Below the pieces are notes generated by a model, which was not told where the DNA came from, did no database searches, and was given only the letters and a program-made list of their open reading frames with translations. Shown one piece after another: positions 33,699 through 47,794 of a DNA stretch of 64,000 nucleotides (positions are counted from its first letter, which is position 1; each line of letters starts with the position of its first letter). The stretch comes from Macrostomum lignano. Taxonomy: Eukaryota. The position numbers and the translations under genes were made by a program. Where the stretch lies: contig NIVC01000384.1 of the NCBI GenBank assembly GCA_002269645.1, positions 434,001 through 498,000 on the forward strand. The letters run 5' to 3'.

Positions 33699-35903
33699 AT
33701 GGACGACGAGGAGCTTCGCTATGGCATGCGCTGCCGCTACCTGCGAGACGAGCTGGTCGAACTGCCGCCCGGCGGCCGGGTCATCCGCACGCTGGTCAGA
33801 AACGACGGCCTGAAGCACCGAAATGTCACGTGCGCCTTCATCGTGCGCAGCGACGGCGACCCTGGCGAGACGCTCCAGCCAGACGGTGTCGGCGGAGCCT
33901 CATTCAGCGGCATCCTCGTGGTGCGCTGCTTCGGCGTCTGCTGCGACTGCACGCTGACTGTGCGCCTGCGGCTCAGCGTCGCCGTCGGTGACACCACGGT
34001 GTGCAGCCGGCCTTGGATGGAGGGCGTCGAGGTAACCAGAATGCACTATTGCAATAATGCAGTCGCGGCCTGTACATGCAATCCTCTGACAGGAATTTTA
34101 CTACGTGGGCCGCGATAAAATGGTCCAAAACTTTGCGAAATCTAATATACAGAAAATCCAGAAACCCGTGCAGACGGAATTTGGGGCAATTGTGCCGGGT
34201 TTGGTTGTCCTGTGATTCACCCCTATGAAGGCCCAGACACGGAAAGTTGACATATAACCTGACGAAGTCAGGGTCGCGCTGTACACTCTGTGTGAGCGTG
34301 TGTACAAGTGCAGTATGTACATGGTCACAAGTATTCTCAGACTGACTCCGCATTAGTCAGTCTAACCCAGATTAAATCCGGCCCCTCTGGCCTTCTAGAT
34401 AACCGATGAGGAGTCGGCCATCCGCTTTGCCGGAATTCTGCGTCTGGGCGACTTCGAGACAGGGGCGACGTCGGCGCAGCTGGTTGAAGTTCGCCTGCAG
34501 TTCGACATCAAAGCCGCCGCGCCCAGCTTTCTGCAGGTGCCGAGGGTGCCCACATTCCAATGGACACTGCTCAATGACGAGGAGAAGCAGATGGTGGAGG
34601 TTGGTCGGCGGATTTCTAATGCCTTTTTAATATAGGAGTGAAATTGGTGCAATTGGGAACTGTAGCTCGTATGAAGAAGGCAAGTGAGATTTGGGGGTTG
34701 CGAACTTACCTGGGACTGAAGTTGATGAGGGAGTGTGAACTTGGAGAGTGAAGCATTGGAGTGTGATCTGTACACAGGAGTGGACTAACTGCTCTATAAA
34801 TCCTATTCGGAACCATAAAAAACATTCATATACCACAGAATATGTATACTAAACAACATTAAAAAGTCGCCACCTTTGAGAGTGCGCAGTAAACTCTATC
34901 TAGCTCAGTATTGACTTTTGAGTGACGCAACTTGCGCCACGCGATGCAGAGTTGGGCTGAGTGAGGAGGGATTGGGAAGAGCGGAAGGCAAAGATTGGGT
35001 GGATTGAAGCTTCCGCCCGGTTTTCATTGTTTTTTCAAGCATTTTTTAAATATCAAAATGGTTGGCCAGGTGATAGACGCTGGTCGAAAGACACTGCCTA
35101 CTGGGGCAAAGGGTGGCGACTTCTCAATGTTTCTGAGTATATATTCCGTGTTCATATACAGTTTAGCATCGAAGCTGAAGAGCTATTTGCTTAATTTAAA
35201 ATTCTCCCACAATCGCGTGTCCTCATGCACATGTAGAACTATAAAAATGGTGAGATGGCAACTCAAATCACAGGTGAACTGCTCAGACGGAGCCCTGTGC
35301 GCTGAGCGCAGCCTACTGATGCGCGAGTCCTCTCTGTGGAAGAGCCGATTGTCCAACTCGGACTCAAACTCGGTGGACTGCAGCGAGTTCAGCCAGTCCG
35401 ACATGAAGGTGTTTCTGTTCTACCTGCAGACTCAGCTATTCTTCGACCTGGCCAGATTCGATACCTTCAATTCGATGGCGCAGATTGCCGTGCGCTATTC
35501 CGTGTCGGGCGTCGTCAAGCGCTGCGCGATGTTCGTCAACGACTGCGTCCTGCTGGCGGAGGCCGGCAACAGGCAGTCGGCTGGAGCCACCAGCGCCGCC
35601 ACCGAGGCAACGGCGCCAAGCGGCGGTAGCCAGCAGTCCGTCAGCTCGAAGGTGCGCTGGACGCCCGACGATCTCGTTGCAATCTGGCGCACCACCGTGA
35701 GCTACCTGGGCGAGGACGGCCTCGGCAAGGCGCTGATGCGCCTCATCAGCCAGTCGAGCTACTCGGAGATTGTCAATTTGAGCAGCTTCCAGCAGCTGGA
35801 TGCGTTGACTAAGAGTCAGTTCTATCATCAGTTCCTGCTGTGCAAGGAGAGCAGCCGCGGCATGGCGACCGGAGGAGCTCCGGCTGCCGCCCCTATTTCT
35901 TAG
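33699..35903 (+). CDS. BTB/POZ domain-containing protein, 3 exons
   Basis: Exons 33699-34031, 34399-34599 and 35274-35903 are phase-0 GT-AG. VNCSDG..AERSLLMRESS..KSRL....S..DMKVFLFYLQT....MAQIAVRYSVSGVVKRCAMFV matches the BTB pattern. A beta-rich N-terminal region precedes it. Confidence 0.7.
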
Positions 35904-37094
35904 AAACTGGACCTTTGGCCAGGAATTTTGTCTTGAGCTACATATTGTACTGTTTTTGTTTGTTATTTTGAGGAGCTCGACGCTATCGAATGTTTCTATA
36001 CTTACTATTAAACCGGCAAAGTGAATGTAGAGTCATTAAAAAACCCAGTTCACTACTAATAGGGACTCGATGCGTCTCACTCAGTCAATGTTGTCGACTA
36101 TGTTGACAATGACAGCTCCTGTTTAATAAACTTACAATCTCTATAGACCTGTTTTTCAACCAGTTTTCAATGAGTTACGTTGTCAAGAATCAGAAAAGCG
36201 GAAATTTCCCTGACAAGACGCTGAAGAAATTATAATGCTTTTGTTTTTTGAGGATCCATTATTTCTTTCTCAGTCAAACAAATTCTTTGAATCCAGTGTA
36301 TAGGGAAGACAATCCCATTCTGACTTTTCTGATCGTAACTTTATACATTTAAATCATTATAATAGAACTATTTTTTATTTAGTAGATGAGTCTGTCCCCG
36401 TGTTGATGTAGATTAATCTACTATAAGTTAGAAAGAATCGAGGCATAGCGACCCTTAATGCTACTTACAAATAGCTACTTCAGTAGTATAAATAATAAAA
36501 AAACTTTCACGCGGTGACGTCGTCTCTGATGCGTCTTCTTGGGCGATGTCTTGGAGACCGTCGTGGGGACGTTTTGGCAGGGGGTGCCAGCATCAGCAAT
36601 GGAGCCAAAGCTAAGTGCATGTAGATGTAGTTGTTAAGGGAACGGCTAGCCAAGATTCATTCGGAACAGGGACGCGAAAGGCCGCTAAATCACCCTAGGG
36701 GTCCGTACTCGCACTGCGCTTAATTTCAAATGCGAGTCTAAGAATTAATCAAACCAAGTGGCTGATCTCACACGTATTGATTCTGCAATCTTTTTGGCGG
36801 TGATTATCTTCAACTTCATGCAATAATGCCTTTCAGGTGCAAACTCCTACGATCTAATTTATTGTTTTCGCAGCGGTGCAAAACAAGCTTTTTTAATTAG
36901 CAAATGCAATTTTCACAGAAAGGTAATTACATGTAATTATCTAATTTTTTCGATTGTGCCTAACTACCCGACTTACTTGACTCAGCTCCGGATCGATGCA
37001 GCGAGGAGGCGTCGCCGCCCATTCCGCTAGCCCCTGGCGACCACGGGCAGCTGGGTGCAGCGGGTGTTGCTCAGGGAGATCCGGTGGTGTCGGT

Positions 37095-37385
37095 GTCCGC
37101 AGCGCGGTCCCCCTCCGGAGAGTCCAGGAGATAGATGGTCGCTCATCCAGTAGCCCTTAGGTAGCGGACGTACTGGCAGAGATTCTCGGGCATAAAAACG
37201 TCGGAGAGGTCCTGGGTTTGGGCAGAGGTGGGTGAGCCTGTCCTGAGTAAAGACGGGGCATTCACAGATGAAGTGCTCCGCATTATCGACACCGGAGAGG
37301 CAGAATGGGCATTCCTCACTGCGGATTTTTAACTGCAGGTGGCGATGCCTGGCAAAACTGCCATGGTACCGATGTTCCCGCGGTT
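37095..37385 (-). mobile_element. 5'-truncated non-LTR retrotransposon (LINE) ORF2 C-terminal fragment
   Basis: Minus strand reads HGSFARH...[24 protein letters not shown], the C-x2-C...H...CP zinc-knuckle-like end typical of LINE ORF2. A frameshift then leads to ...[13 protein letters not shown]. Confidence 0.6.
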
Positions 37386-38808
37386 GATTCTACGAGCTAA
37401 ACTACCAGAGGATTAGCCAAGGATCACGGTAGTAAAACAGGACGTAAAACTCAAAGATCGTGTATTTTTAGAGGCCAGTTTTTTTTGGGGGAAAAAATAC
37501 ACTGAGATGGGAAAAATATTCGTATTTTATACAACTGTGCAGTGAACGTTTCACTTTCATATTGTTTTCTTTTTATTTAATAGGCCCATGACAAGTTTGT
37601 ATGCACTAACTGTGCACGGATGTATGCAAGAACTAATATGCATTGAAATGGAATTATACCTATAATAAGGGCTCAAGAGTACCTGAATGCAACACTTTCC
37701 TATCTCCGCGGTGCATTTTTCCCAGGAAATTTGGCAAAGAAAATGACGCGATCTTTAAGTTCTACGTAACGAGCATGACGTATGCTTTAATTTTACGCTG
37801 TGAAAAACACAAAAGCGAGTTTTCTGGGCGATCTTGCTCTGGGCTCAAACGAATCAGGTAACTGTGATCGCCCACGCACGGTTCAGTGAAGGAGCTGCGC
37901 TTTGATTAACGGCCTTCTCATATTTCAAAAAACGGAAACGATTTAGTCAGCTGTAGTGAAGTCATCACGCATGTCTTGCTTAAAATCCCGTGTGTTTGGA
38001 GAGGTTTCACTCAAACCCGGTTTAGAAAAAAACCAAGCCAAGCACATTCGTTTCTAAGTGAAGATTCCGTGATGCGGGAAAGGTCGAGTTGGCTGTGTTT
38101 CTCTCTGCTGCTGGGCGTCGTCGATTTGAAAGTATTTATTTTTTAAGAGAATTTAAAATTCAAAACCGAAACCCGTACAAGAAAAAAAAACAATGAACGT
38201 AGGAAATTAGTGTTGAAAATCAACTTAAAAAAACGTGCCAGCGTCAGGCAGATGGACGAAGGGTGACGATGCGGGGAGATTTTGTTAGCGTCTTCGCGCC
38301 TAAGCTGGGAGAAGATCGAGCAAAGTAATGATAGTTGGAAAATCGAAATTCAAGCCGCGGAGACTTCTGTAATAGATTTCGACGCAGCGAGGCGGAGAGT
38401 CAGATGAGGAAACAGGGGGGCGGGTTCGAGACAGGGCGAAAGTACGGTACGAACTAAGCTTTGGCTAGAAATCAGACACAGGACAAGGGGTCGCACAAAA
38501 GTCGCAGAAAGAGAAGCGGGGGTTTGAAAGGCCGGCGGATAAAGCGTTAAAGAATAACGAGCCGCAGGCAAAATAATTTGCTTAAACTTTTTTTGGAAAG
38601 CAACACCGCAAACAAAGAACTATCGTACGGAGATACAAAAGCAAAGCTACCTCGAGTGTCTCTCTTTGTCCTTCTCGAGTTTAGGTTTTTTTAAAGTCTG
38701 CTCCTTGGGTTTTGGGCCTCGACGCGTTTATAGCGCGCTTGGTGGCTGCTTTGGCAACTAAATTTAAGCAGATAGAAGTCTCGGCCTGCGCCTACGCTGG
38801 CCTGGCAG

Positions 38809-40078
38809 TCAGTTCATGGCCTGGGTCGGGCTGGTCTGCCCGCGCAGCATGCCGCTTAGAGCCTTGGCCGCGCCCATGCTCTTTGGACTGGCGGCCGACT
38901 TGAAGGAGACCTGCAGGGTCCGGTTGCCCACAGTGTAGCCGTTCAGCGACTGGATAGCCAGCAAGGCCTCCTCGTAGTTGCTCATCGTGACGAAGCCGAA
39001 GCCGCGGCACTTGCTGGTGCCGGGGTCGCGGATCACCTTCACCGTCTGGACGGCGCCAAACGGGCCAAACAGCTCCCAGAGGATCCGGTCCTCGGTCTCC
39101 GGCGCCAGGTTGTAGACGAAGATGCTCCAGCTGCCGCTGGAAGTCATGCCGCCGCCCTGGGCAACCATCGACTGGGCCAGGAGGGCCGAGTTCGGTAGGC
39201 TGCTGGCCGCGGCCATGAGGTCGCCGATGCCGCTGATGCCATTGTTGATCGGGCTCTGGTACTTGCTGTAGTTGCGGGTCAGAGCGGCCAGGTGCTGGAT
39301 AGGGCTGCCCAGCTTGGCGCCAGATGGCGAGTGCATGCTGCACTGCTTCAGGAAGCTGTTCACCAGATTGCTGCTCTCCTGCCTGGCCGCGCTGGGACTG
39401 TTGGCAAACTTCACCGTGATTGGCTCGCAGCCTTCCTCCGGTGTGTAGCCGTTCAACTGCTTGATGGCGTCCTCGGCCTCGCTGCGCTGGTCAAACCGGA
39501 TGAAAGCGACGCCGCGCGACAAGCCGGTCTTGTTGTCGTACAGAATGCGCAGCGTGATGATCTTGCCGCACTGGGAGAACAGGCGCGACAGCTCCTCCTG
39601 GGTCATTCGTTTGGGAAGACCGCAGATGTACAGATTGGCACCCTTGATGGCCTCGGAGCTGGGCCGCGCCAGAGACACTTTAATAGTCTTGTTCTGCAGT
39701 CTAAGGCCATTCAGCGTCTTAATGGCCTTGTCCGCCTCTTTCGGCTGCATGTACTTGACAAACGCGTAGCCCAGACTCTCGCCAGTGGTCCTGTCGCGTA
39801 CTAACTTGCAGCTTTCGACCTCGCCAATGCTAGAGAATAAGGCGCGTACGTCCTCTTGAGCCATCGAGGGTGGCAAGTAGTTAACGATCAGGTTGGTGCG
39901 GTTCTCTAGAATTTCGGTGTTTGAAATCAATTTTAGTATTTAGATTTATTAGGCTAGACTATGCTAAAATTTCAAACCAAGCTAAATTATGACAGCAAAA
40001 TCAAATGACCTTACCGCTATCAGTTGAGCCGCATGAAGAATTGTTGGTGTCCTTGCCCAGAATGTCTGTCGAAGCCAT
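38809..40078 (-). CDS. elav: ELAV/Hu family RNA-binding protein with 3 RRMs
   Basis: Exons 40078-40015 ([10 protein letters not shown]..., phase 1) and 39905-38809. [63 protein letters not shown] and LQVSFK are diagnostic. Confidence 0.96.
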
Positions 40079-40758
40079 TTTGTTTGACTAAATCGGTTCT
40101 TAAAGAGAGAGAGAGAGCTGCTCTAAAATCTATTTAACTTGAAAGTTCGCGATGGAATTAAGCGCTTTTTGAGCAGAGTAAACTCCTTTGTCTTGCCTTT
40201 AACTTGCGCGCGAAAAAATGCTCGGTGATGGGCTATTGACGCGAAAGACCTCTCTCTGCTTAGTTGAAAGAAACTCTTCTCTGGCAGGGATATCCTGTAC
40301 TGCCGGGGGACTCGGCAACTCTGTCCATAAACGACAGAGTTCTCTCCCGCTGATTAGTCTATGGCCAGGGGCTGCAGCAATTCTATTATGACAAACGCAG
40401 ACCCACCACCCCATTCCCCCAGTGTGCATATCAATGACAAGTGAATATCAATGCATGGGGCGAATTCTTTTCAACGTAAAACTATGCAGAAATTCTAACA
40501 AAGTTCCGTGTTGTACTTTTATTGGTCACAGTCTAGTTGAAATGACCGTGTTTAAAACAGTTCTAAAGTAACTGTTAAACTAGCCAAATTACAGGTACGC
40601 GCCCTTGCAGAGGCCGCAGCTGATGTGCACAATGATAATAATAACCATTATTATTAATTGGTATCTAATTTGTGCTTCAACAGAAGAAAATGCACAAATG
40701 TCACTTCATCATTTATTTAACAAAGCCATCAATTTTGGCTAAAATAACACGAATTTGA

Positions 40759-43700
40759 TTATTCTAAAGCAGAGGCCAAGTCAGCACAGGTCAGTTTAAA
40801 GTTCATCGGAGCTCTGGAATCCGCGGTGTCAAACAGAGTCTTCAGCGCTTCGCTGACGCACTCGTCCTTCGCCTGAGCGGCTGTTTCGCCAAAGCCACTG
40901 GACAAAAATTCGCGGCGAATGTACAGCCCCACCTGCCAGCGGGAGGGCGAGGAGGAATTAGGATATTTATAATTGCCCAAGTCTTACTGGGATATTTTAA
41001 GCCTAAATCCCAGAACGATTTACTTACAATCCGAATCCCAAAATGGGATATTTAGAATCCGAATCCAAAAATGGGATATTTAGAATCCGAATCCAAAAAT
41101 GGGATATTTAGAATCCGAATCCCAAAATGGGACATTTAGAATCCGAATCCCAGATGGGATATTTGGGATTCCCAGAATGGGATATTTAGAATCCGAATCC
41201 CAAAATGGGATATTTCATTTCCAAATCTCAAACTAGGAAATTTCCAACTCCGAACCCGCACCTGAAAGCAGGAGTAAACCGGCGATTCGGGGGCCGATTG
41301 GCCCATCAGACGGAACTCGAGCGGCTCGTCAGCCGGAAATCCGGCAGCGGCCAGCGACTCTGACAGAAGCGGCAGGCGCCGCTGTGCGTCGATGGTCCAC
41401 CATTCGTTGATGTCGGAGTTGTGCAGCCGAGTAAGCAGGAAGTCGCGAGTCAGCCGCCAAGCCGCTTCGTCGCCCTCGCTGAGGTTCGGGCAGCAGAGCT
41501 TTGCTGAAGCGACCAGAGCAGCGAAAGCGTCCGCCTCTACGGACAGGGGCAGCATCGACGGGCGAGTGTCCACCCCGGACAGGAGCTCGGCCAGGCCGAG
41601 GTGTCCAGCAACGAAGGAGAGGCTCTGGTCTGAGGTGAGCAGGCTGACGGCCTGGGAGCAGCGGGATATTTGAATCTTGGTTGGGAACAAATCTTGAGTC
41701 AGTTGGATTCTCATGGGGGAGATTTTTGAGTCAGTTGGATTCTCATGGGGGAGATTTTTGAGTCAGTTGGATTCTCATGGGGGAGATTTTTGAGTCAGTT
41801 GGATTCTCATGTTGGAGATTTTTGAGTCAGTTGGATTCTCATGGGGGAGATTTTTGAGTCAGTTGGATTCTCATGGGGGAGATTTTTGAGTCAGTTGGAT
41901 TCTCATGTTGGAGATTTTTGAGTCAGTTGGATTCTCATGTTGGAGATTTTTGAGTCAGTTGGATTCTCCTGGGGGAGATTTTTGAGTCAGTTGGATTCTC
42001 ATGGGGGAGATTTTTGAGTCAGTTGGATTCTCATGGGGAGTTTTTGAGTCAGTTAGATTCTCATGTTGGAGATTTTTGAGTCAGTTGGATTCTCATGGGG
42101 GAGATTTTTGAGTCAGTTGGATTCTCATGGGGGAGATTTTTGAGTCAGTTGGATTCTCATGGGGAGATTTTTTAGTCAGTTGGATTCTCACGAGGAGCTT
42201 TTTGAGTCAGTTGGATTCTCATGATGGAGATTTTTGAGTCAGTTGGATTCTCATGGGGGAGATTTTTGAGTCAGTTGGATTCTCATGATGGAGATTTTTG
42301 AGTCAGTTGGATTCTCATGGGGAGATTTTTGAGTCAGTTGGATTCTCATGATGGAGATTTTTGAGTCAGTTGGATTCTCATGATGGAGATTTTTGAGTCA
42401 GTTGGATTCTCATGATGGAGATTTTTGAGTCAGTTGGATTCTCATGGGGAGTTTTTGAGTCAGTTAGATTCTCATGTTGGAGATTTTTGAGTCAGTTGGA
42501 TTCTCATGTTGGAGATTTTTGAGTCAGTTGGATTCTCATGGGGGAGATTTTTGAGTCAGTTGGATTCTCATTGGGGAGATTTTTGAGTCAGTTGGATTCT
42601 CATGGGGGAGATTTTTGAGTCAGTTGGATTCTCATGATGGAGATTTTTGAGTCAGTTGGATTCTCATGGGGGAGATTTTTGAGTCAGTTGGATTCTCATT
42701 GGGGAGATTTTTGAGTCAGTTGGATTCTCATGGGGGAGATTTTTGAGTCAGTTGGATTCTCATGGGGGAGATTTTTGAGTCAGTTGGATTCTCATGGGGG
42801 AGATTTTTGAGTCAGTTGGATTCTCATGGGGGAGATTTTTGAGTCAGTTGGATTCTCATGTTGGAGATTTTTGAGTCAGTTGGATTCTCATGTTGGAGAT
42901 TTTTGAGTCAGTTGGATTCTCATGGGGGAGATTTTTGAGTCAGTTGGATTCTCATGGGGGAGATTTTTGAGTCAGTTGGATTCTCATGGGGGAGATTTTT
43001 GAGTCAGTTAGATTCTCATGATGGAGATTTTTGAGTCAGTTGGATTCTTATCTCACATACTTAGATAGCTTTCCAGGAAAAAACCGGTCGAATTTTCATA
43101 GAAATAGCATGACAGATGAACCAAGCTGCAAAATGTCCCACCTGCTCCCGCAAGTCCTCGGGCACGTGCGGCAGCTCTCGGGCCAAGAAGCGGCCGCAGT
43201 GCTCAGCAATGAGGGCGCGACCGGTCGGCACGAGTTCGGCGTTGTCTCTCGGCATCGACTCAGCCGGTGTTGACGACGTTGCCATGGCAACGGAGTCCGA
43301 GCTTTCGTCGTCGAGCTCGTAGCCTTTAGCGACGTTTTGATGGGCGCTGGAGGAATCTGCAGTGACGCCTGCCAATGCAGCAAATAAGGGTTTGGCTTTG
43401 TGACGTCACTAATTAGGGAAGGATACAGAGAGTGACGTCACAGACTGGATCGGGATCCTCTGAGTAACGTCACCAACAGGATAGAGATACCGTGAGTGAT
43501 GTCACCGATTGGATAGGGATCCTGTGAGTGATGTCACTGATTGGATAGGGATCCTAAGAGTGATGTCACTGATTGGATAGGGATCCTGAGAGTGACGTCA
43601 CTGATTGGATAGGGATCCTGAGAGTGACGTCACTGATTGGATAGGGATCCTGTGAGTGATGTCACTGATTGGATAGGGATCCTGTGAGTGATGTCACTGA

Positions 43701-46479
43701 TTGGATAGGGATCCTAAGAGTGACGTCACTGATTGGATAGGGATCCTATGAGTGACGTCACTGACTGGATAGGGATACCGTGAGTGACGTCACTGACTGG
43801 ATAGGGATACCGTGAGTGACGTCACTGACTGGATAGGGATACCGTGAGTGACGTCACTGACTGGATAGGGATACCGTGAGTGACGTCACTGACTGGATAG
43901 GGATACCGTGAGTGACGTCACTGACTGGATAGGGATACCGTGAGTGACGTCACTGACTGGATAGGGATACCGTGAGTGACGTCACTGACTGGATAGGGAT
44001 ACCGTGAGTGACGTCACTGACTGGATAGGGATACCGTGAGTGACGTCACTGACTGGATAGGGATACCGTGAGTGACGTCACTGACTGGATAGGGATACCG
44101 TGAGTGACGTCACTGACTGGATAGGGATACCGTGAGTGACGTCACTGACTGGATAGGGATACCGTGAGTGACGTCACTGACTGGATAGGGATACCGTGAG
44201 TGACGTCACTGACTGGATAGGGATCTGATCAGTGAAACTATAAATAAAATCGTAGATGTAGTCAAAATTAGAAACAAAAGTTTCTTAAGCTCTTTTTAAG
44301 CCCTAGATAAATCACGACGGTGCACTCGAAACTAAAAACATATGCCTTCTCCGCCTTAAATGAGCAATATTTTCCACTTCAATAATGATGGCATTTAGCC
44401 AAGGTGAATAAATGAGGGTTAGAACTGTGCCAGCAGGTGGCGATACACAAATAAAAATGATTCGACACGAAACAGCCGGTCGGGGATAAATCATATCGGC
44501 ATGATTAGACACGGATGTCTCCGATGAGCTGCCTATGCGACAGCAGGACTCAGCAGAGAAAAAGATTTGCAGGAGATACGCAAAAATCTTAGAGAAATTC
44601 TCACAGACACCTTGAGCGATTCTCACACATATTTGAGCGATTCTCACAGACACCTTGAGCGATTCTCACACATATCTGAGCGATTCTCACAGACACCTTG
44701 AGCGATTCTCACACATATCTGAGCGATTCTCACAGACACCTTGAGCGATTCTCACACATATCTGAGCGATTCTCACAGACACCTTGAGCGATTCTCACAC
44801 ATATCTGAGCGATTCTCACAGACACCTTGAGCGATTCTCACACATATCTGAGCGATTCTCACAGACACCTTGAGCGATTCTCACACATACTCGTATCTGA
44901 GCGATTCTCACAGACACCTTGAGCGATTCTCACACATACTCGTATCTGAGCGATTCTCACAGACACCTTGAGCGATTCTCACACATATCTGAGCGATTCT
45001 CACAGACACCTTGAGCGATTCTCACACATATCTGAGCGATTCTCACAGACACCTTGAGCGATTCTCACACATATCTGAGCGATTCTCACAGACACCTTGA
45101 GCGATTCTCACACATATCTGAGCGATTCTCACAGACACCTTGAACGATTCTCACACATATCTGAGCGATTCTCACAGACACCTTGAACGATTCTCACACA
45201 TATCTGAGCGATTCTCACAGACACCTTGAACGATTCTCACACATATCTGAGCGATTCTCACAGACACCTTGAACGATTCTCACACATATCTGAGCGATTC
45301 TCACAGACACCTTGAACGATTCTCACAGACACCTTGAGTGATTCTCACAGACACCTTGAGTGATTCTCACACGGACATATCTGAGCGATTCTCACAGACA
45401 CCTTGAGTGATTCTCACAGACACCTTGAGTGATTCTCACACGGACATATCTGAGCGATTCTCACAGACAACTTGAGCGATTCTCACAGACACCTTGAGAG
45501 CGATTCTCACACACGGACATATCTGAGCGATTCTCACAGACACCTTGAGAGCGATTCTCACACACGGACATATCTGAGCGATTCTCACAGACACCTTGAG
45601 AGCGATTCTCACACACGGACATATCTGAGCGATTCTTACAAACACCTTGAGCGATTCTCACACACATATGTGCCAGCAACCCGGGCTCGATTCCAAGTGC
45701 AGTCACATTAATTTGTGCCTAAATTGGAATCTCGGCTTGGCTCTGCTCGTGCAATTAACGCCCTTGAGGGCCAGCTCCCAAGACACAGTGAAGTGTACAT
45801 GCCTAACGATAAATAAAGTCAGGGCCACTGTACACTCCTGTGTGAGTGTGTGCCTGCTCAGTTGAGTCGGCGGAATGGGCAGTGATGCCTCTCGCCGGTT
45901 GTGTGCCTATGTCGCTTAAAGTGCGCCAGGGTGCACACAGCCCCTTTGCCTTTAAAAAATGAGCAGGACCAATATTATCAAGAACTAAAAAATCCTTTAA
46001 ACCTAATAAACTTAATTACCGACTTGATCGCTACTTAACTAAATGAACCAGCTATGTAATTAGGCCTGATTAACCAACCAACAAGCTAACTCACCATCCG
46101 CCTCCGCAGACTCCCGAAACGTGAGCACCCTGTCCAGCCACTGCTGGCTGAAGCCGGCCAGTCCAGCCAAACCCAGCCGGTGCGCGGCGGCCGACAGCTC
46201 GGCCCGGCGGCTCCAGTTGGACCAGACGGAGCGCGGCCGCTCCGGCTCGGGCCCGGCCAGCATTCGCCGCCTGTAGAGATCCTCGCGCATCCGCCTGCGC
46301 CAGCGAGGATCCGTGGCCAGCCTGGTGCCGTGCATCACGTTCGGCGTCTGACGCGGCGGAGTCAGCGGCGCCACCGGGGCCGCCTCGAAGGTGGCGACCG
46401 GCCGACGAGAGGCGGCGACGACGGCAGCGAAGTGCTGGCACAGCGGATGACGCCGACAGAGGCTGAGACGGGACAGCAT
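40759..46479 (-). CDS. MRPL44: Mitochondrial large-subunit ribosomal protein mL44, 4 exons
   Basis: Exons 46479-46095, 43368-43142, 41651-41262 and 40932-40759. PEPERPRSVWSNWSRRAELSAAAHRLG ~ human [33 protein letters not shown] ~ RDFLITQM; EFRLMGQS ~ ESRLTRQS; VGLYIRREFLSSGFGET ~ VGLYCDKKLIAEGPGET. Confidence 0.9.
41030..41210. repeat. ~28-bp intronic tandem repeat (AAAATGGGATATTTAGAATCCGAATCC)
   Basis: About 6 copies in MRPL44 intron 3. Confidence 0.85.
41695..43050. repeat. ~32-bp intronic minisatellite (TTTTTGAGTCAGTTGGATTCTCATGGGGGAGA)n
   Basis: About 40 copies filling MRPL44 intron 2. Confidence 0.97.
43470..44225. repeat. ~32-bp minisatellite (GTGAGTGACGTCACTGACTGGATAGGGATACC)n containing the palindrome GTGACGTCAC
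   Basis: About 23 copies in MRPL44 intron 1. Confidence 0.96.
44600..45665. repeat. Composite 22+22-bp minisatellite (TGAGCGATTCTCACAGACACCT / TGAGCGATTCTCACACATATC)n
   Basis: Alternating dimeric units in MRPL44 intron 1. Confidence 0.96.
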
Positions 46480-46549
46480 ATTAGTGGTTTGTCAGCGACT
46501 GATTGACGGCTGCAAGTTGCAAGTGGAGCACCATGATTTAAATTTTACT

Positions 46550-46790
46550 GGTTTCTATGATTCATATTTCTGGTTTCTATGATCCATGTGCCTGGTTTCT
46601 ATGATCCATATTCCTGGTTTCTATGATCCATATTCCTGGTTTCTATGATCCATATTCCTGGTTTCTATGATCCATGTCCCTGGTTTCTATGATCCATGTC
46701 CCTGGTTTCTATGATCCATGTCCCTGGTTTCTATGATCCATATTCCTCTTTCTATGATCCATATTCCTGTGTCTATGATCCTTATTCAAG
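46550..46790. repeat. ~22-bp tandem repeat (CTGGTTTCTATGATCCATATTC)n upstream of MRPL44
   Basis: About 10 copies. Confidence 0.9.
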
Positions 46791-47794
46791 CGTTATATAA
46801 TTCAAAACAATCCAGGTTTCATGGCTAAGATGTCAAGGCTCATAGGGGGAACTGCTGAAATGCTGTGGCTCGCAGGGGGAATCAAGGTTAGGGTTCAACC
46901 ATAAGACTCACAGGGGGAATGCTGAGATATCAAGGCTCACAGGGTTAGTAAGGTTAAGCCATGGATTAAAGAAATTTTTAATTGCTAAAAATTTCGATTG
47001 CTTAATCAGTGCCACTCGGAAGCTGGAAGCTGTTCGGGCTGAATCTCGTATAAATCAATTAACCAAATGAAAAATTAGCAAGAGTAGTAAGGAATACTAC
47101 GGGAAAGCTAAAGCAAATAATGAAGCACCCATGCTCAAAGCAGCGTTTTCAAACACACTACAATGTGAAGTGCTATTTTTAAGCAATCTGTTTATTGCAC
47201 GCCTGATAGACAATGACAATTGCGCCAGGGAAATCTGCTGGCAACGAATGAGCCTGTTCTGCTTTGAAAGCAGGGTAAAGACACACAAACACCATTAACG
47301 TTTCTAAGCGCCCTTGGGTCGGTGACACGAAAGAGAGCGACAGGATCAAGCATTTTTTCGTAAAATCACTAAACTGAAAAGATTCGCCATCGCCACGCCC
47401 CCTGCAGCAACGCGTCTTTTGTGTTTGCCTTAAAAATGAATCCCTCCAATTAAAAAAGCTCGCTAATCTGCAAAATGTGAAGATCACGCATACGCGTTAA
47501 GTCTCCGGGAAGCAAGGCAAGCGATCTGAGACAGCACGCTAAGGACTTGCTAGACGAAACGGGAAACGATTGGCATAATGAATAACAAGAGGGGAGATGA
47601 GCAGCTTATCAACACTTGTCTCGCTCTCTCTCGTTCTCTGGCTCACTCGGTTTGGTTTAGGCAAACAAACAGTGGACCAATAGTGTGTGACAGCGAATCA
47701 GATTTTAAACCAGTCAAGAGAGGAAGGTACTAAATAAAAGGTAGGCGCGTAACACACAGCTAGCAGCGTCTGTCACAACAGCCAAGAGCCAGCC

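Noticed and set aside
34268-34324. Short dispersed motif GTCAGGG..CTGTACACTCTGTGTGAG, also at ~45810 and ~60415
   Set aside because: The similarity is real but too short to define boundaries or class; probably fragments of a common repeat.
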